From Planctomycetota bacterium (lineage in GTDB: Bacteria > Planctomycetota > MHYJ01 > JACQXL01), in the NCBI GenBank assembly GCA_016235865.1, contig JACRIK010000021.1:97226-161225 (forward strand): DNA of 64,000 nucleotides, written 5' to 3'. Each line of letters opens with the position of its first letter. The stretch's first letter is position 1. Shown here piece by piece: positions 38,105 through 46,435 of the stretch. A program made the position numbers and the translations under genes. The notes beneath the pieces were generated by a model, which was given only the letters and a program-made list of their open reading frames with translations, searched no databases and was not told the DNA's origin.

Positions 38105-38754
38105 TTCTTGTATACTCCTATGATACTTTCACCGCCTTTGACCTTGTCGTTAACCTTAACCTCCAGCCGCTCTAATTTATTCTTGGATATATAGACCTCG
38201 GTGCGCGAGCCGAATTTTATCATTCCGATTCGGTCGCCCCGCTTGACTTGCTGATTCATCTCCAGGCCGCAGACGATCCGTTGGGCAATGATGCCGGCGA
38301 TCTGGCGGACCAGGATTTTGAGGGAATGGCCGGCCGTTATGCCGATGCTGTTGCGCTCGTTCTGGCTGGACGCCTCGGGTTCGGATGCCACCAGAAACCG
38401 GCCCTTGCGGTAATCCAGCAGGGTGATTTTGCCGTCACAGGGCGCCCGGTTGATGTGGACATTGAACACCGACAGGAATATCGCCACCTTGACCGACGGC
38501 TCCTTGATAAAGGTGTCCTCATTAACATCGGCAATTTCTATGATGGTGCCGTCGGCCGGGGATACAATCAGGTTATCGCCCTCAGGAATCTTGCGATAGG
38601 GGTCGCGGAAGAAATAGAGCGTGAACAGGAATAACAAGGCCGGTAATATGACCAAAACCGGCATCATCTGGTAGAGCACATAGCCCATTACTCCGGTGAT
38701 GACCAGCATCACCGCTATCTCTCCGGCCGAATATTTTGCTAAAGGTAAACGCAT
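38101..38754 (-). CDS. psd: phosphatidylserine decarboxylase proenzyme
   Basis: 217 aa; Psd family with GSR/T self-cleavage region 'FGSRTEV'. Confidence 0.8.
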   Translation of the reverse strand: MRLPLAKYSAGEIAVMLVITGVMGYVLYQMMPVLVILPALLFLFTLYFFRDPYRKIPEGDNLIVSPADGTIIEIADVNEDTFIKEPSVKVAIFLSVFNVHINRAPCDGKITLLDYRKGRFLVASEPEASSQNERNSIGITAGHSLKILVRQIAGIIAQRIVCGLEMNQQVKRGDRIGMIKFGSRTEVYISKNKLERLEVKVNDKVKGGESIIGVYKK

Positions 38755-38857
38755 GTATTTAACAATTAATTAAAGGTTTAGAAATATAATGACGATATAC
38801 CAAACACTCTGAGAGGGGTCAACTAATTGTGGATAGTTTTAGATAAAGCGGGGATAT

Positions 38858-39163
38858 ATGAATACCTACTATTCTTCTCAGAGGCCCAGGACATCCGGCG
38901 TAACCAAATACTTCTGGCATTTCATCTTCGGCGCTATTATCATATTCCTGGTCACCAGTTCGCTGGCGGCTTATATCAAGAATAACCGTCTGGAGAATTA
39001 CATCCGGACGCTTGATAACGAGATAGCGGCCATCAAGAGTGAAAACATCTCTTTGGCCAGACAGGTGAACGCCATTTCCAGTGACCCGGTCTATCGCGAA
39101 GCGGTGATTCGCCGGGAACTCAAACTCGGCCTGCCCGGCGAGATGATTATCCTGCCCCGGTAG
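38858..39163 (+). CDS. septum formation initiator family protein (FtsB/DivIC-like)
   Basis: 101 aa; N-terminal TM + coiled coil. Confidence 0.55.
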   Translation: MNTYYSSQRPRTSGVTKYFWHFIFGAIIIFLVTSSLAAYIKNNRLENYIRTLDNEIAAIKSENISLARQVNAISSDPVYREAVIRRELKLGLPGEMIILPR

Positions 39164-39198
39164 ATATAAAACGTTATTCTGTCATTCCAGTCCCGCTT

Positions 39199-39330
39199 GT
39201 CATTCCCGTGAAAACGGGAATCCAGAGGGATAAACTCCGGCGGGAAGCCAGTCCCTCTGACGGGATGGTGGGAACCGTAAGCCCAAAGATGTCTGGATTC
39301 TGTGTCAAGCACGGAATGCCAGTTTAATAG
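39199..39330. repeat. compound palindromic element (partly degenerate) between ftsB-like and ruvB
   Basis: gtcattcccgtgaaaacgggaatccagagggataaactccggcgggaagcc...tggattctgtgtcaagcacggaatgcc. Confidence 0.7.
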
Positions 39331-39354
39331 AATAGATTCATTGTGCAAGCAGCA

Positions 39355-40359
39355 CTAAAATAATCTCGGCTCTTTGGGATGCTTACCAAGATGCTCGTGC
39401 GCCTTGGAGGTGGTCTTGCGGCCGCGCGGGGTCTTTTCCAGCATACAGCACTTAATCAGATACGGCTCATAGACATCCTCAATCGTATCTTCTTCCTCGC
39501 CGATGGAGATGGAAATGGTTTTCAGCCCGATTGGTCCGCCGCCGTTGTCAATAATAGTCTGGAGAATCTTGCGGTCGGTCTGGACCAGGCCATATTCATC
39601 TATGCCCAGCATCTTCAGGCCCTCTTCAGCCGTTTCCTTGGTGATGAAATTATTGGTCTTGACCTGGGCCACGTCCCGGACTCGCTTGAGAATCTGATTA
39701 GCAATCCGGGGTGTGCCCCGGCTGCGTGAGGCCACCATCTTTAACGCCTCTTCATCGCCCTGGACGTTCAGAATCCGGGCTGAGCGCTTGATAATCTTCA
39801 AGAGGTCGGCTTCCGGATAGAGTTCCAGTTTCTCAAAGATGCCGAATCTGGAACGGAACGGGTCGGTCAGGAGTCCTTCCCGGGTGGTGGCGCCAATCAG
39901 AGTGAATGGCGCGATAGTCAACTGGACCGTCCGAGCGTGCGGGCCTTGGTCTATCATGATATTTAAGTTGAAATCCTCCATGGCCGAATAGAGATATTCA
40001 GCCACGGTTACCGGAATCCGGTGAATCTCGTCGATGAATAGGACGTTCCGATTCTCCAGTCCGGTCAGAATCCCGGCCAGGTCAGCCGGCCTTTCCAGAG
40101 ACGGTCCCTGGATGACCTTGATATTGGTGCTCATCTCCTTGGCCACCAGATATGATAGGGTGGTTTTGCCCAGTCCCGGTCCGCCGGAAAAGAGGATATG
40201 GTCCAACGATTCCTGTCTTTTCTGGGCAGCGGTGATGTAGATTTTGAGATTGCTGACTATTTTGGGCTGGCCGACGAATTCCGAGAAATCAGCCGGCCTT
40301 AAAGTAGAGTCCAGTTTGAGGTCGTCTTCGGGCTTGTTGATGGAGATAGCTTTGCCCAT
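39355..40359 (-). CDS. ruvB: Holliday junction branch migration DNA helicase RuvB
   Basis: 334 aa; AAA+ Walker A 'GPPGLGKTTL', RuvB C-terminal winged helix. Confidence 0.9.
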   Translation of the reverse strand: MGKAISINKPEDDLKLDSTLRPADFSEFVGQPKIVSNLKIYITAAQKRQESLDHILFSGGPGLGKTTLSYLVAKEMSTNIKVIQGPSLERPADLAGILTGLENRNVLFIDEIHRIPVTVAEYLYSAMEDFNLNIMIDQGPHARTVQLTIAPFTLIGATTREGLLTDPFRSRFGIFEKLELYPEADLLKIIKRSARILNVQGDEEALKMVASRSRGTPRIANQILKRVRDVAQVKTNNFITKETAEEGLKMLGIDEYGLVQTDRKILQTIIDNGGGPIGLKTISISIGEEEDTIEDVYEPYLIKCCMLEKTPRGRKTTSKAHEHLGKHPKEPRLF

Positions 40360-40371
40360 AACAAGATAGAA

Positions 40372-40839
40372 TTATTTCTTAGCCTCTTCAGCCGGTTTCT
40401 CGTGCGTCTTGGGCTCTTCTGCCTTTGGGGTTTCGGCCTTAGGCGCTTCTGGCAGAGGGGCTTCTTCCTCAATGGTCTCAAAGCCTGGAATCGCGCCCAG
40501 CTGTTCCCTGACCTTGGCTGACTTGCCGGTCCGGTCCCTGAGATAATATAACTTGGCCCGGCGGACTACGCCTCTCTTTTTGACCACGATATTAGCCACC
40601 ACCGGCGCATGGACCGGGAATACCCGTTCTACGCCTTCGCCGTGCACGATCCGGCGTACTGTAAAGGTCTCGTGGATGCCGCTGCCTTTGCGGCCGATGA
40701 CCACGCCGTTGAATATCTGTATTCTCTCCTTGTCGCCTTCCTTAATCTTGACGTGCACATCCACGATATCGCCGATATCAAAGTGGGGCACCTTCTTCTT
40801 GCGTTGTTCTTTGTCGATTTCCTGCATCAGGTTTAACAT
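40372..40839 (-). CDS. rplS: 50S ribosomal protein L19 with Lys/Glu-rich C-terminal tail
   Basis: 155 aa; L19 core plus charged extension. Confidence 0.85.
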   Translation of the reverse strand: MLNLMQEIDKEQRKKKVPHFDIGDIVDVHVKIKEGDKERIQIFNGVVIGRKGSGIHETFTVRRIVHGEGVERVFPVHAPVVANIVVKKRGVVRRAKLYYLRDRTGKSAKVREQLGAIPGFETIEEEAPLPEAPKAETPKAEEPKTHEKPAEEAKK

Positions 40840-40921
40840 ACACTTACTCCTATTCTTACTGGCTGTTAGACCGAAGGTCGTTACAGCCAGTTAGACCCCG
40901 CAGAATTGCGGGGCATTCATT

Positions 40922-41563
40922 CTATTTACCTTTTCTCCATTTTTCTATCTGCTGGTGATTACCCGAAACCAGCACCTCCGGGACAGTATGGCCCCGGAAA
41001 TCGCGCGGCCTGGTGTATTGGGGGTAATCCAGTTCATTTCCCTTGCTAAACGACTCCTGTTCAGCCGACGAAGCGTTACCCAAGACGCCGGGTATCAGCC
41101 GGATGACGCTGTCCATCACGACCATTGAAGGCAATTCGCCGCCGCTTAGCACATATCGGCCGATGGATATAATATCATCAAATTTAATAATGTCAAAGAT
41201 TCTCTGGTCAAATCCTTCATAATGTCCGCAGAGAATAATCAGCCCCTTTTTCTTACTCAAGGCCCGGGCCTTGGGCTGTCCAAAGGTCTTTCCGGCCGGG
41301 GTCAGGACAATCTTATGGGCATCTGAGCGCCCGTTGGCCTTAAGATACTCAAAAGCCCGGACAATCGGCTCGGCCAGCAGGAGCATTCCCGGCCCGCCCC
41401 CGAACGGACGGTCATCCACCTTATGGTGTTTGTCCGTTGAAAAGTCCCGCAGGTCATGGAGATTGATTTTAACCAGCCGCTTTGCCTGGGCCCGCTTGAT
41501 GATGCTCTCCTTTAAGAACCCCTTGAACATCCCGGGGAACAGGGTAATTACGTCAATGACCAT
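40922..41563 (-). CDS. trmD: tRNA (guanine37-N1)-methyltransferase
   Basis: 213 aa; SPOUT knot family 'MVIDVITLFPGMF'. Confidence 0.85.
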   Translation of the reverse strand: MVIDVITLFPGMFKGFLKESIIKRAQAKRLVKINLHDLRDFSTDKHHKVDDRPFGGGPGMLLLAEPIVRAFEYLKANGRSDAHKIVLTPAGKTFGQPKARALSKKKGLIILCGHYEGFDQRIFDIIKFDDIISIGRYVLSGGELPSMVVMDSVIRLIPGVLGNASSAEQESFSKGNELDYPQYTRPRDFRGHTVPEVLVSGNHQQIEKWRKGK

Positions 41564-41619
41564 AACCGGTAATCAATATCAAATATCCTGGATGTAGTCA
41601 ACAAAATGCAACCACAGAT

Positions 41620-41697
41620 TTCGCGGATGACACAGATTAAAAATAATCAGTGAAATCTGTGAACACCGCAGTGACCGCGACAGCGAAATCTGTGGTT
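41620..41697. repeat. AACCACAGAT...ATCTGTGGTT terminal-inverted-repeat element
   Basis: 10-bp perfect TIRs, internal cacagatt/aatctgtg sub-repeats. Confidence 0.8.
41663..41693. repeat. repeat family B module Y (reverse orientation), intergenic, nested in AACCACAGAT element
   Basis: RC = ttcgctgtcgcggtcactgcggtgttcac. Confidence 0.8.
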
Positions 41698-41709
41698 ACG
41701 AGGTTTCCC

Positions 41710-41738
41710 TTGACATTTCCGGCGGAATAATCTATATT
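41710..41738 (+). promoter_or_regulatory. sigma70-like promoter TTGACA-N17-TATATT
   Basis: TTGACA 41710-41715, TATATT 41733-41738; upstream of OM-barrel gene. Confidence 0.45.
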
Positions 41739-41866
41739 ATCCACACCTACATTGAGACAGCACCATTGATTTAACCAAACTTATACTTGTAATCCGTGGA
41801 AAACCTTATGTTCCTTCAGGGGTATATATAATAGAGGGAATTCCCCGACATTCAGAGGTTTCAACA

Positions 41867-42601
41867 ATGCAAGTAATAAGAAATCTTACTGTTCTTATAG
41901 TTTTAGGATGTTTTATCTCAGCCAGCGGCTGCACAAGCATGATAAATCGATCCAGTTATTCTTTAAGGACTTTAAGCACGTTAAGTGGAGCAGGTCTTAC
42001 CGTTACTGGTACCAAAGAAAGTAATGCCGTAAACCCCCAGTCACAAACCACCAGTTCAGTCAACAAGCAATCGGGAACAGAAAAGCCGGGCGGGAATGAG
42101 AACCAGTCCACATTCGCCTTGAGATTCGGTGATTATGTTTTTTATAATAAAAGCAATCGGGAATATTATGGCAGTAGCGTGGGCGATAATTCATTGGATA
42201 TGACTTTCGGAACGGCTAATCCCAATATTTCTTGGCGGATTGCGATTGACGGCGCGGCCACGGAATCAGACGAACTGTTTTTCGGCGGATTTTCCGGCTC
42301 GGTTGTTTTTCACACTTCACGGGCAGAAATGGTAAGATGGTTCGGCGGATTAGGTTTGGGCTCCTATTCGGCCGAAGAATATGGCGTAGATAACTATGGC
42401 TATTCCGTTTTGTATGAAGGACGCGGCATCGGCTATAAGGCGTTCGGAGGCGTTGAAGTTGCCTTATCATCCGGATTTGCTCTAAGTATGGAGCTGGCCC
42501 TGAGAGAACTGACAGCCAGAATGGCGGCTTCTAACGCATCAACTACAAATGTAAGTTACAGCGGACAGGCGTTACTTTTCGGATTAAACTTTAGTTTCTG
42601 A
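41867..42601 (+). CDS. putative outer-membrane beta-barrel lipoprotein
   Basis: 244 aa; signal peptide + lipobox-like SASGC; alternating beta-strand pattern; C-terminal ...LNFSF aromatic terminus. Confidence 0.5.
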   Translation: MQVIRNLTVLIVLGCFISASGCTSMINRSSYSLRTLSTLSGAGLTVTGTKESNAVNPQSQTTSSVNKQSGTEKPGGNENQSTFALRFGDYVFYNKSNREYYGSSVGDNSLDMTFGTANPNISWRIAIDGAATESDELFFGGFSGSVVFHTSRAEMVRWFGGLGLGSYSAEEYGVDNYGYSVLYEGRGIGYKAFGGVEVALSSGFALSMELALRELTARMAASNASTTNVSYSGQALLFGLNFSF

Positions 42602-42623
42602 GCCGGAGCGGAGGTAATAATAT

Positions 42624-43853
42624 ATGCCAATAAAGTTTATTAAGGTGGTTGCATCAGTATTGATTATAATCTGTGCTTTTATTCTTAACTATGGTTGCCT
42701 TGACAGTGGCGGGCATACACCGCATACTTCTCCTTCCGAACCGCCTCCCAAGATACCCATAATAGACGGCTGGGCTAAGATTTCAGCCGGATACGGGCAT
42801 ACCCTGGCCCTGCAAACCGACGGTACGCTCTGGGCTTGGGGAGATAATTCTTATAATCAATTAGGTTTGGGGGAATATTACTATTATTATGGGGATTATT
42901 ATGCGGGCAGTTCCGGTTATTATAACTATTATTCTAAAAATATTCCGACCATAGTTGGGAGCGATACGGATTGGGTTTCTGTGGCGGCCGGCGAGAAACA
43001 TAGTGCGGCCCTGAAAACCGACGGCACGCTCTGGGTTTGGGGCAACAACTCCGATGGCCAATTGGGCGACGCGACTCATACGTATAAAAGCACTCCGACC
43101 AAGATTAGCGACACTGATTGGGCAACTATCGCGGTTGGTTACAATCACACCATTGCGCTTAAAACCGGCGGCACGCTCTGGGCCTGGGGCAAGAATGATT
43201 TCGGGCAGGTAGGCGACGGCACAACCTTCAGCAAGAGCATTCCCACCCAGATTGGAATAGATACGAATTGGTCGGCGATTACCGCCGGGCAGGGGCATAC
43301 CATAGCATTGAAAAGCAATGGCGAACTCTGGGCCTGGGGCAAGAATGATTTCGGGCAATTAGGCGATGGAACAACGACATCTATAAACCAGCCAATTAAG
43401 ATAACCGGCACCAACTGGTCCGCGGCGGCTTGCGGCGCCAATCACACGGTAGCGCTGAAAAGCGACAATTCGCTCTGGGTTTGGGGCGACAACACCAGCG
43501 GCCAATTAGGCGACGGCACAATCATATCCCGGACCCAGCCCACCCAGATAACTGGCACCAACTGGGCCGGGATTGCCTGCGGCGCAAATCATACCCTGGC
43601 TACCAAGGCCGATGGCACTTTCTGGGCCTGGGGCTATAACTACTATGGTCAATTAGGCAATGGCATACCGGACAATACAAGCAATCCGATTCAAATTACC
43701 GGCACAACCTGGTCAATTATTGCGGCCGGCAGTGACCGTTCATCTGCCATTAAATCAGATGGCACGCTCTGGTCCTGGGGCAAAAATTATAGTGGCGCTT
43801 TAGGATTAGGCAATTATGCCGATAAATTTATCCCAACCCAGGTCGGGGAATAA
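42624..43853 (+). CDS. RCC1-repeat (beta-propeller) lipoprotein with Tyr-rich insertion
   Basis: 409 aa; seven 'DGTLWAWGxNxxGQLGDG' RCC1 repeats; N-terminal signal/Cys; 'YYYYGDYYAGSSGYYNYY' segment. Confidence 0.8.
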   Translation: MPIKFIKVVASVLIIICAFILNYGCLDSGGHTPHTSPSEPPPKIPIIDGWAKISAGYGHTLALQTDGTLWAWGDNSYNQLGLGEYYYYYGDYYAGSSGYYNYYSKNIPTIVGSDTDWVSVAAGEKHSAALKTDGTLWVWGNNSDGQLGDATHTYKSTPTKISDTDWATIAVGYNHTIALKTGGTLWAWGKNDFGQVGDGTTFSKSIPTQIGIDTNWSAITAGQGHTIALKSNGELWAWGKNDFGQLGDGTTTSINQPIKITGTNWSAAACGANHTVALKSDNSLWVWGDNTSGQLGDGTIISRTQPTQITGTNWAGIACGANHTLATKADGTFWAWGYNYYGQLGNGIPDNTSNPIQITGTTWSIIAAGSDRSSAIKSDGTLWSWGKNYSGALGLGNYADKFIPTQVGE

Positions 43854-43879
43854 CCGGAATTCTAAGAAAGGATGCGATT

Positions 43880-44575
43880 ATGTCCGACTTCACTAAGAAA
43901 TCCTGGAAGTGCGTTGATATCAAGGATATTGATTGGGGCCAGAGGTTTGAGTTTAACGAGGATAAGGTGGATACCTATGTGTCGGACCTGCCCGGGGTCT
44001 ATCGCCTGGTTTATCGGACAATCCATGAGGGCAAGGATGGGTATTTTGTATTTTATAACGGCGAGACGGATGATTTATACAAGACACTGTGCGGGCATCT
44101 TAATCTCCTGAAGATTGAACTGCCACCGCCCAAGAATCCCTATAATGCCCCGGAGCATTGCATACAAAAGACCCTGCAGGAATACCCGTGCTATTTCAGG
44201 TTTATAATAGTCCGTTCAAAAAAGGAGCGGGTCCGGATTAAGAAGGAGCTTGATGATTCCATTATCCCCAAGGGCGAGATGGAATTCGCGGCCTGGGCCG
44301 ATAATTTCTTCCGGGTGTTGTCGGCCAACGCGGACAAGTGGTTTCCTCCGGCGGAGCGTCCTGCTGATTTTAGCGATGCTCTTGATAAATTTAATGACAA
44401 GCACAAGAAGTTTATGGCGTCCTATGATGAGCATCTCAAGGTGCAGATTAATCTTAGGGCCGCTGAGAAGAAACTGAAAGACGCCGAGCAGAAACTCAAG
44501 GATGAACAGCAGAAACGCAAGGAAGCTGAGAATGAAGGCGAGGAGTGGAAAGAGGGGAAGAATAAGCCGGACTGA
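43880..44575 (+). CDS. hypothetical protein with C-terminal coiled coil
   Basis: 231 aa ORF; weak GIY-YIG-like 'PGVYRL...GYFVFYNGETDDLYKTL'. Confidence 0.45.
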   Translation: MSDFTKKSWKCVDIKDIDWGQRFEFNEDKVDTYVSDLPGVYRLVYRTIHEGKDGYFVFYNGETDDLYKTLCGHLNLLKIELPPPKNPYNAPEHCIQKTLQEYPCYFRFIIVRSKKERVRIKKELDDSIIPKGEMEFAAWADNFFRVLSANADKWFPPAERPADFSDALDKFNDKHKKFMASYDEHLKVQINLRAAEKKLKDAEQKLKDEQQKRKEAENEGEEWKEGKNKPD

Positions 44576-44745
44576 TGATTAAAGCAACCCCCTGGACGGC
44601 TCAGGGGGACTGACCGATGACTGAAGCAACCCCCTGGATGACTCAGGGGGACTGACGGATGACTGAAGCAACCCCCTGGATGGCTCAGGGGGGCTGCGGA
44701 ATGACTGAATAAACCCCCTGGACGGTCCAGGGGAGCCATTTGCGG
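44574..44745. repeat. 4 tandem copies of ~42-bp unit each containing a CCCCCTGG..CCAGGGGG hairpin
   Basis: tgactgaagcaaccccctggatgactcagggggactgacgga x4 with point variation. Confidence 0.85.
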
Positions 44746-44788
44746 AGCGACAGCGGAGTCCCGACCAAATCGGGGAAGGAGTTTTGAT

Positions 44789-45490
44789 ATGCCACAACAC
44801 GATTTTATCCCTAAATCAGACCCGGGTATGGCTGCTTTCCTGCGGAATTTGGCCAATAAGATAGGCGGATATGCGGCTACCTTTAATCTGACCCCGGCTG
44901 AAGTGGCTTCGGCCAAGAACGATGCGGCCAGGTTTACCTATATCCTCAAGGTTCAGGAGGCGTATAAGACATTTAAGCAGGCGATTTCAGGGTATAAGGA
45001 TATGCTCCGGGATGGTCCTGGCGACGCTCCTGTAGGCGATCTGGTTTTTCCGACCATGCCGGCGGCTCCGGCCCTGGTTAACTCCGGTATTTTTCCCCGC
45101 ATTCGCAAACTAGTGGGCCGCATCAAGGCCACGCCTGGTTATACCGAGGCCATCGGCGAGGACCTCGGGCTGGTGGCAGATGAAGAGGCGATTGATATCC
45201 TAAACCTGAAACCGGTGTTGAAGAGCCGTCTGGATGGCGGGCGTCCGGTGATTATCTGGACCAAGGGGGCGGCTGGTTTCCTGGTCATCTACGTTGACCG
45301 GAAGGACGGCAAGGGATTTGTCTATCTGACCACCGATATGTATCCGGATTATATGGATAAATTCCCGGTGCCGGACGGCAAGGATGCGGTGGTCTGGGAT
45401 TATAAGGCCATTTACAAAATCGGTGATGAACAGGTCGGGCAATTCTCGGAGCCGATTTCGGTCACCGTGACCAGGCAACCCGGGGGGTAG
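44789..45490 (+). CDS. hypothetical protein
   Basis: 233 aa ORF with host-like codon usage; no recognisable motifs. Confidence 0.45.
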   Translation: MPQHDFIPKSDPGMAAFLRNLANKIGGYAATFNLTPAEVASAKNDAARFTYILKVQEAYKTFKQAISGYKDMLRDGPGDAPVGDLVFPTMPAAPALVNSGIFPRIRKLVGRIKATPGYTEAIGEDLGLVADEEAIDILNLKPVLKSRLDGGRPVIIWTKGAAGFLVIYVDRKDGKGFVYLTTDMYPDYMDKFPVPDGKDAVVWDYKAIYKIGDEQVGQFSEPISVTVTRQPGG

Positions 45491-45595
45491 AATTAAGGAA
45501 AGATTCACCACAAAGGACACAAAGAATTAATTTTTCTGCGTAATCTGTGGTCGAATTTACTTGACATTTCTTGCCTTCTGTTTCACAATTGAATT

Positions 45596-46168
45596 ATGAA
45601 TATCCAGACCCCGTTAACTGATGGGATAGTGGAGAATCTGCATATCGGCGACAAGGTGTTACTTTCCGGGGTAATCTACACAGCCCGGGACGCGGCCCAT
45701 AAGCGTATCTTTGACGAGATTCAATTAGCCCGCACCGAGAAACGCGCACCCAAACTGCCTTTTGACCTTAATGGCGCTGTAATCTATTATGTCGGTCCCA
45801 CCCCAGCCAAGCCGGGTCAGGTTATCGGCTCGGCCGGTCCGACCACGGCTTACCGGATGGACCCCTACACGCCCGCGTTGCTGGAACTGGGCCTGAAGGC
45901 CAGTATTGCCAAGGGCGAACGTTCTCCAGCTGTGTTAGAGGCGATGAAGAAATATAAGGCGGTTTATTTCGTGGCGGTCGGTGGCGCCGGGGCGCTCCTG
46001 AGCCAGCGGATTGTCAAGGCCGAGGTGATTGCCTATGACGACCTCGGGGCTGAGGCGGTTCGGAGACTGGAAGTGAAGGATTTTCCGGTCACCGTGGCCA
46101 ATGATATGCACGGCGGCGATTTATACAAGGTCGGGGTAAAGCAATACGCAAGGACAAGTCCCCCTTAA
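45596..46168 (+). CDS. Fe-S hydro-lyase beta subunit (class I fumarate hydratase/tartrate dehydratase beta-type)
   Basis: 190 aa; FumB-C/TtdB family resemblance; no adjacent alpha subunit. Confidence 0.7.
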   Translation: MNIQTPLTDGIVENLHIGDKVLLSGVIYTARDAAHKRIFDEIQLARTEKRAPKLPFDLNGAVIYYVGPTPAKPGQVIGSAGPTTAYRMDPYTPALLELGLKASIAKGERSPAVLEAMKKYKAVYFVAVGGAGALLSQRIVKAEVIAYDDLGAEAVRRLEVKDFPVTVANDMHGGDLYKVGVKQYARTSPP

Positions 46169-46228
46169 CAAAGGGGGATTAAGGGGGTTATAACCCCCTC
46201 GCCCCCTTTAATAAGGGGGAATGGGGAC
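46159..46228 (+). terminator. cluster of three poly-C/poly-G hairpins overlapping stop codon
   Basis: cccccttaacaaaggggg, gggggttataaccccc, ccccctttaataaggggg. Confidence 0.4.
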
Positions 46229-46435
46229 GAGAATAATTTATACAGGGTATGCAGTTTTTCGACCCTCTCAAACATTCTATATATTAGGAAATGCCCCGAT
46301 GTCGCTATGCTCATCGGGGTCTAAGAGCCAGTAACTCGCTACGTTGACCTGCGCGCCCCGACCCCGAAAGCATTCGGGGCGGGGTTCTCGGAGTCACGCT
46401 TCGCTTAGTTCTAACTGGCTCTAAGAGAGGAATAT

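Noticed and set aside
43880-44575. GIY-YIG nuclease assignment for the 231-aa hypothetical
   Set aside because: Only a partial 'GVYRL...YNGETDDLYKTL' resemblance. The conserved Arg/Glu/Asn of the motif are not clearly present. Kept as hypothetical with a low-confidence note.
44422-44916. Minus-strand ORF (164 aa) translating the 42-bp repeats as PLSHPGGCFSHxSV x4
   Set aside because: It overlaps the start of the + strand gene at 44789, has no RBS context, and the periodic peptide is a by-product of the 42-bp nucleotide period. Treated as non-coding repeats.
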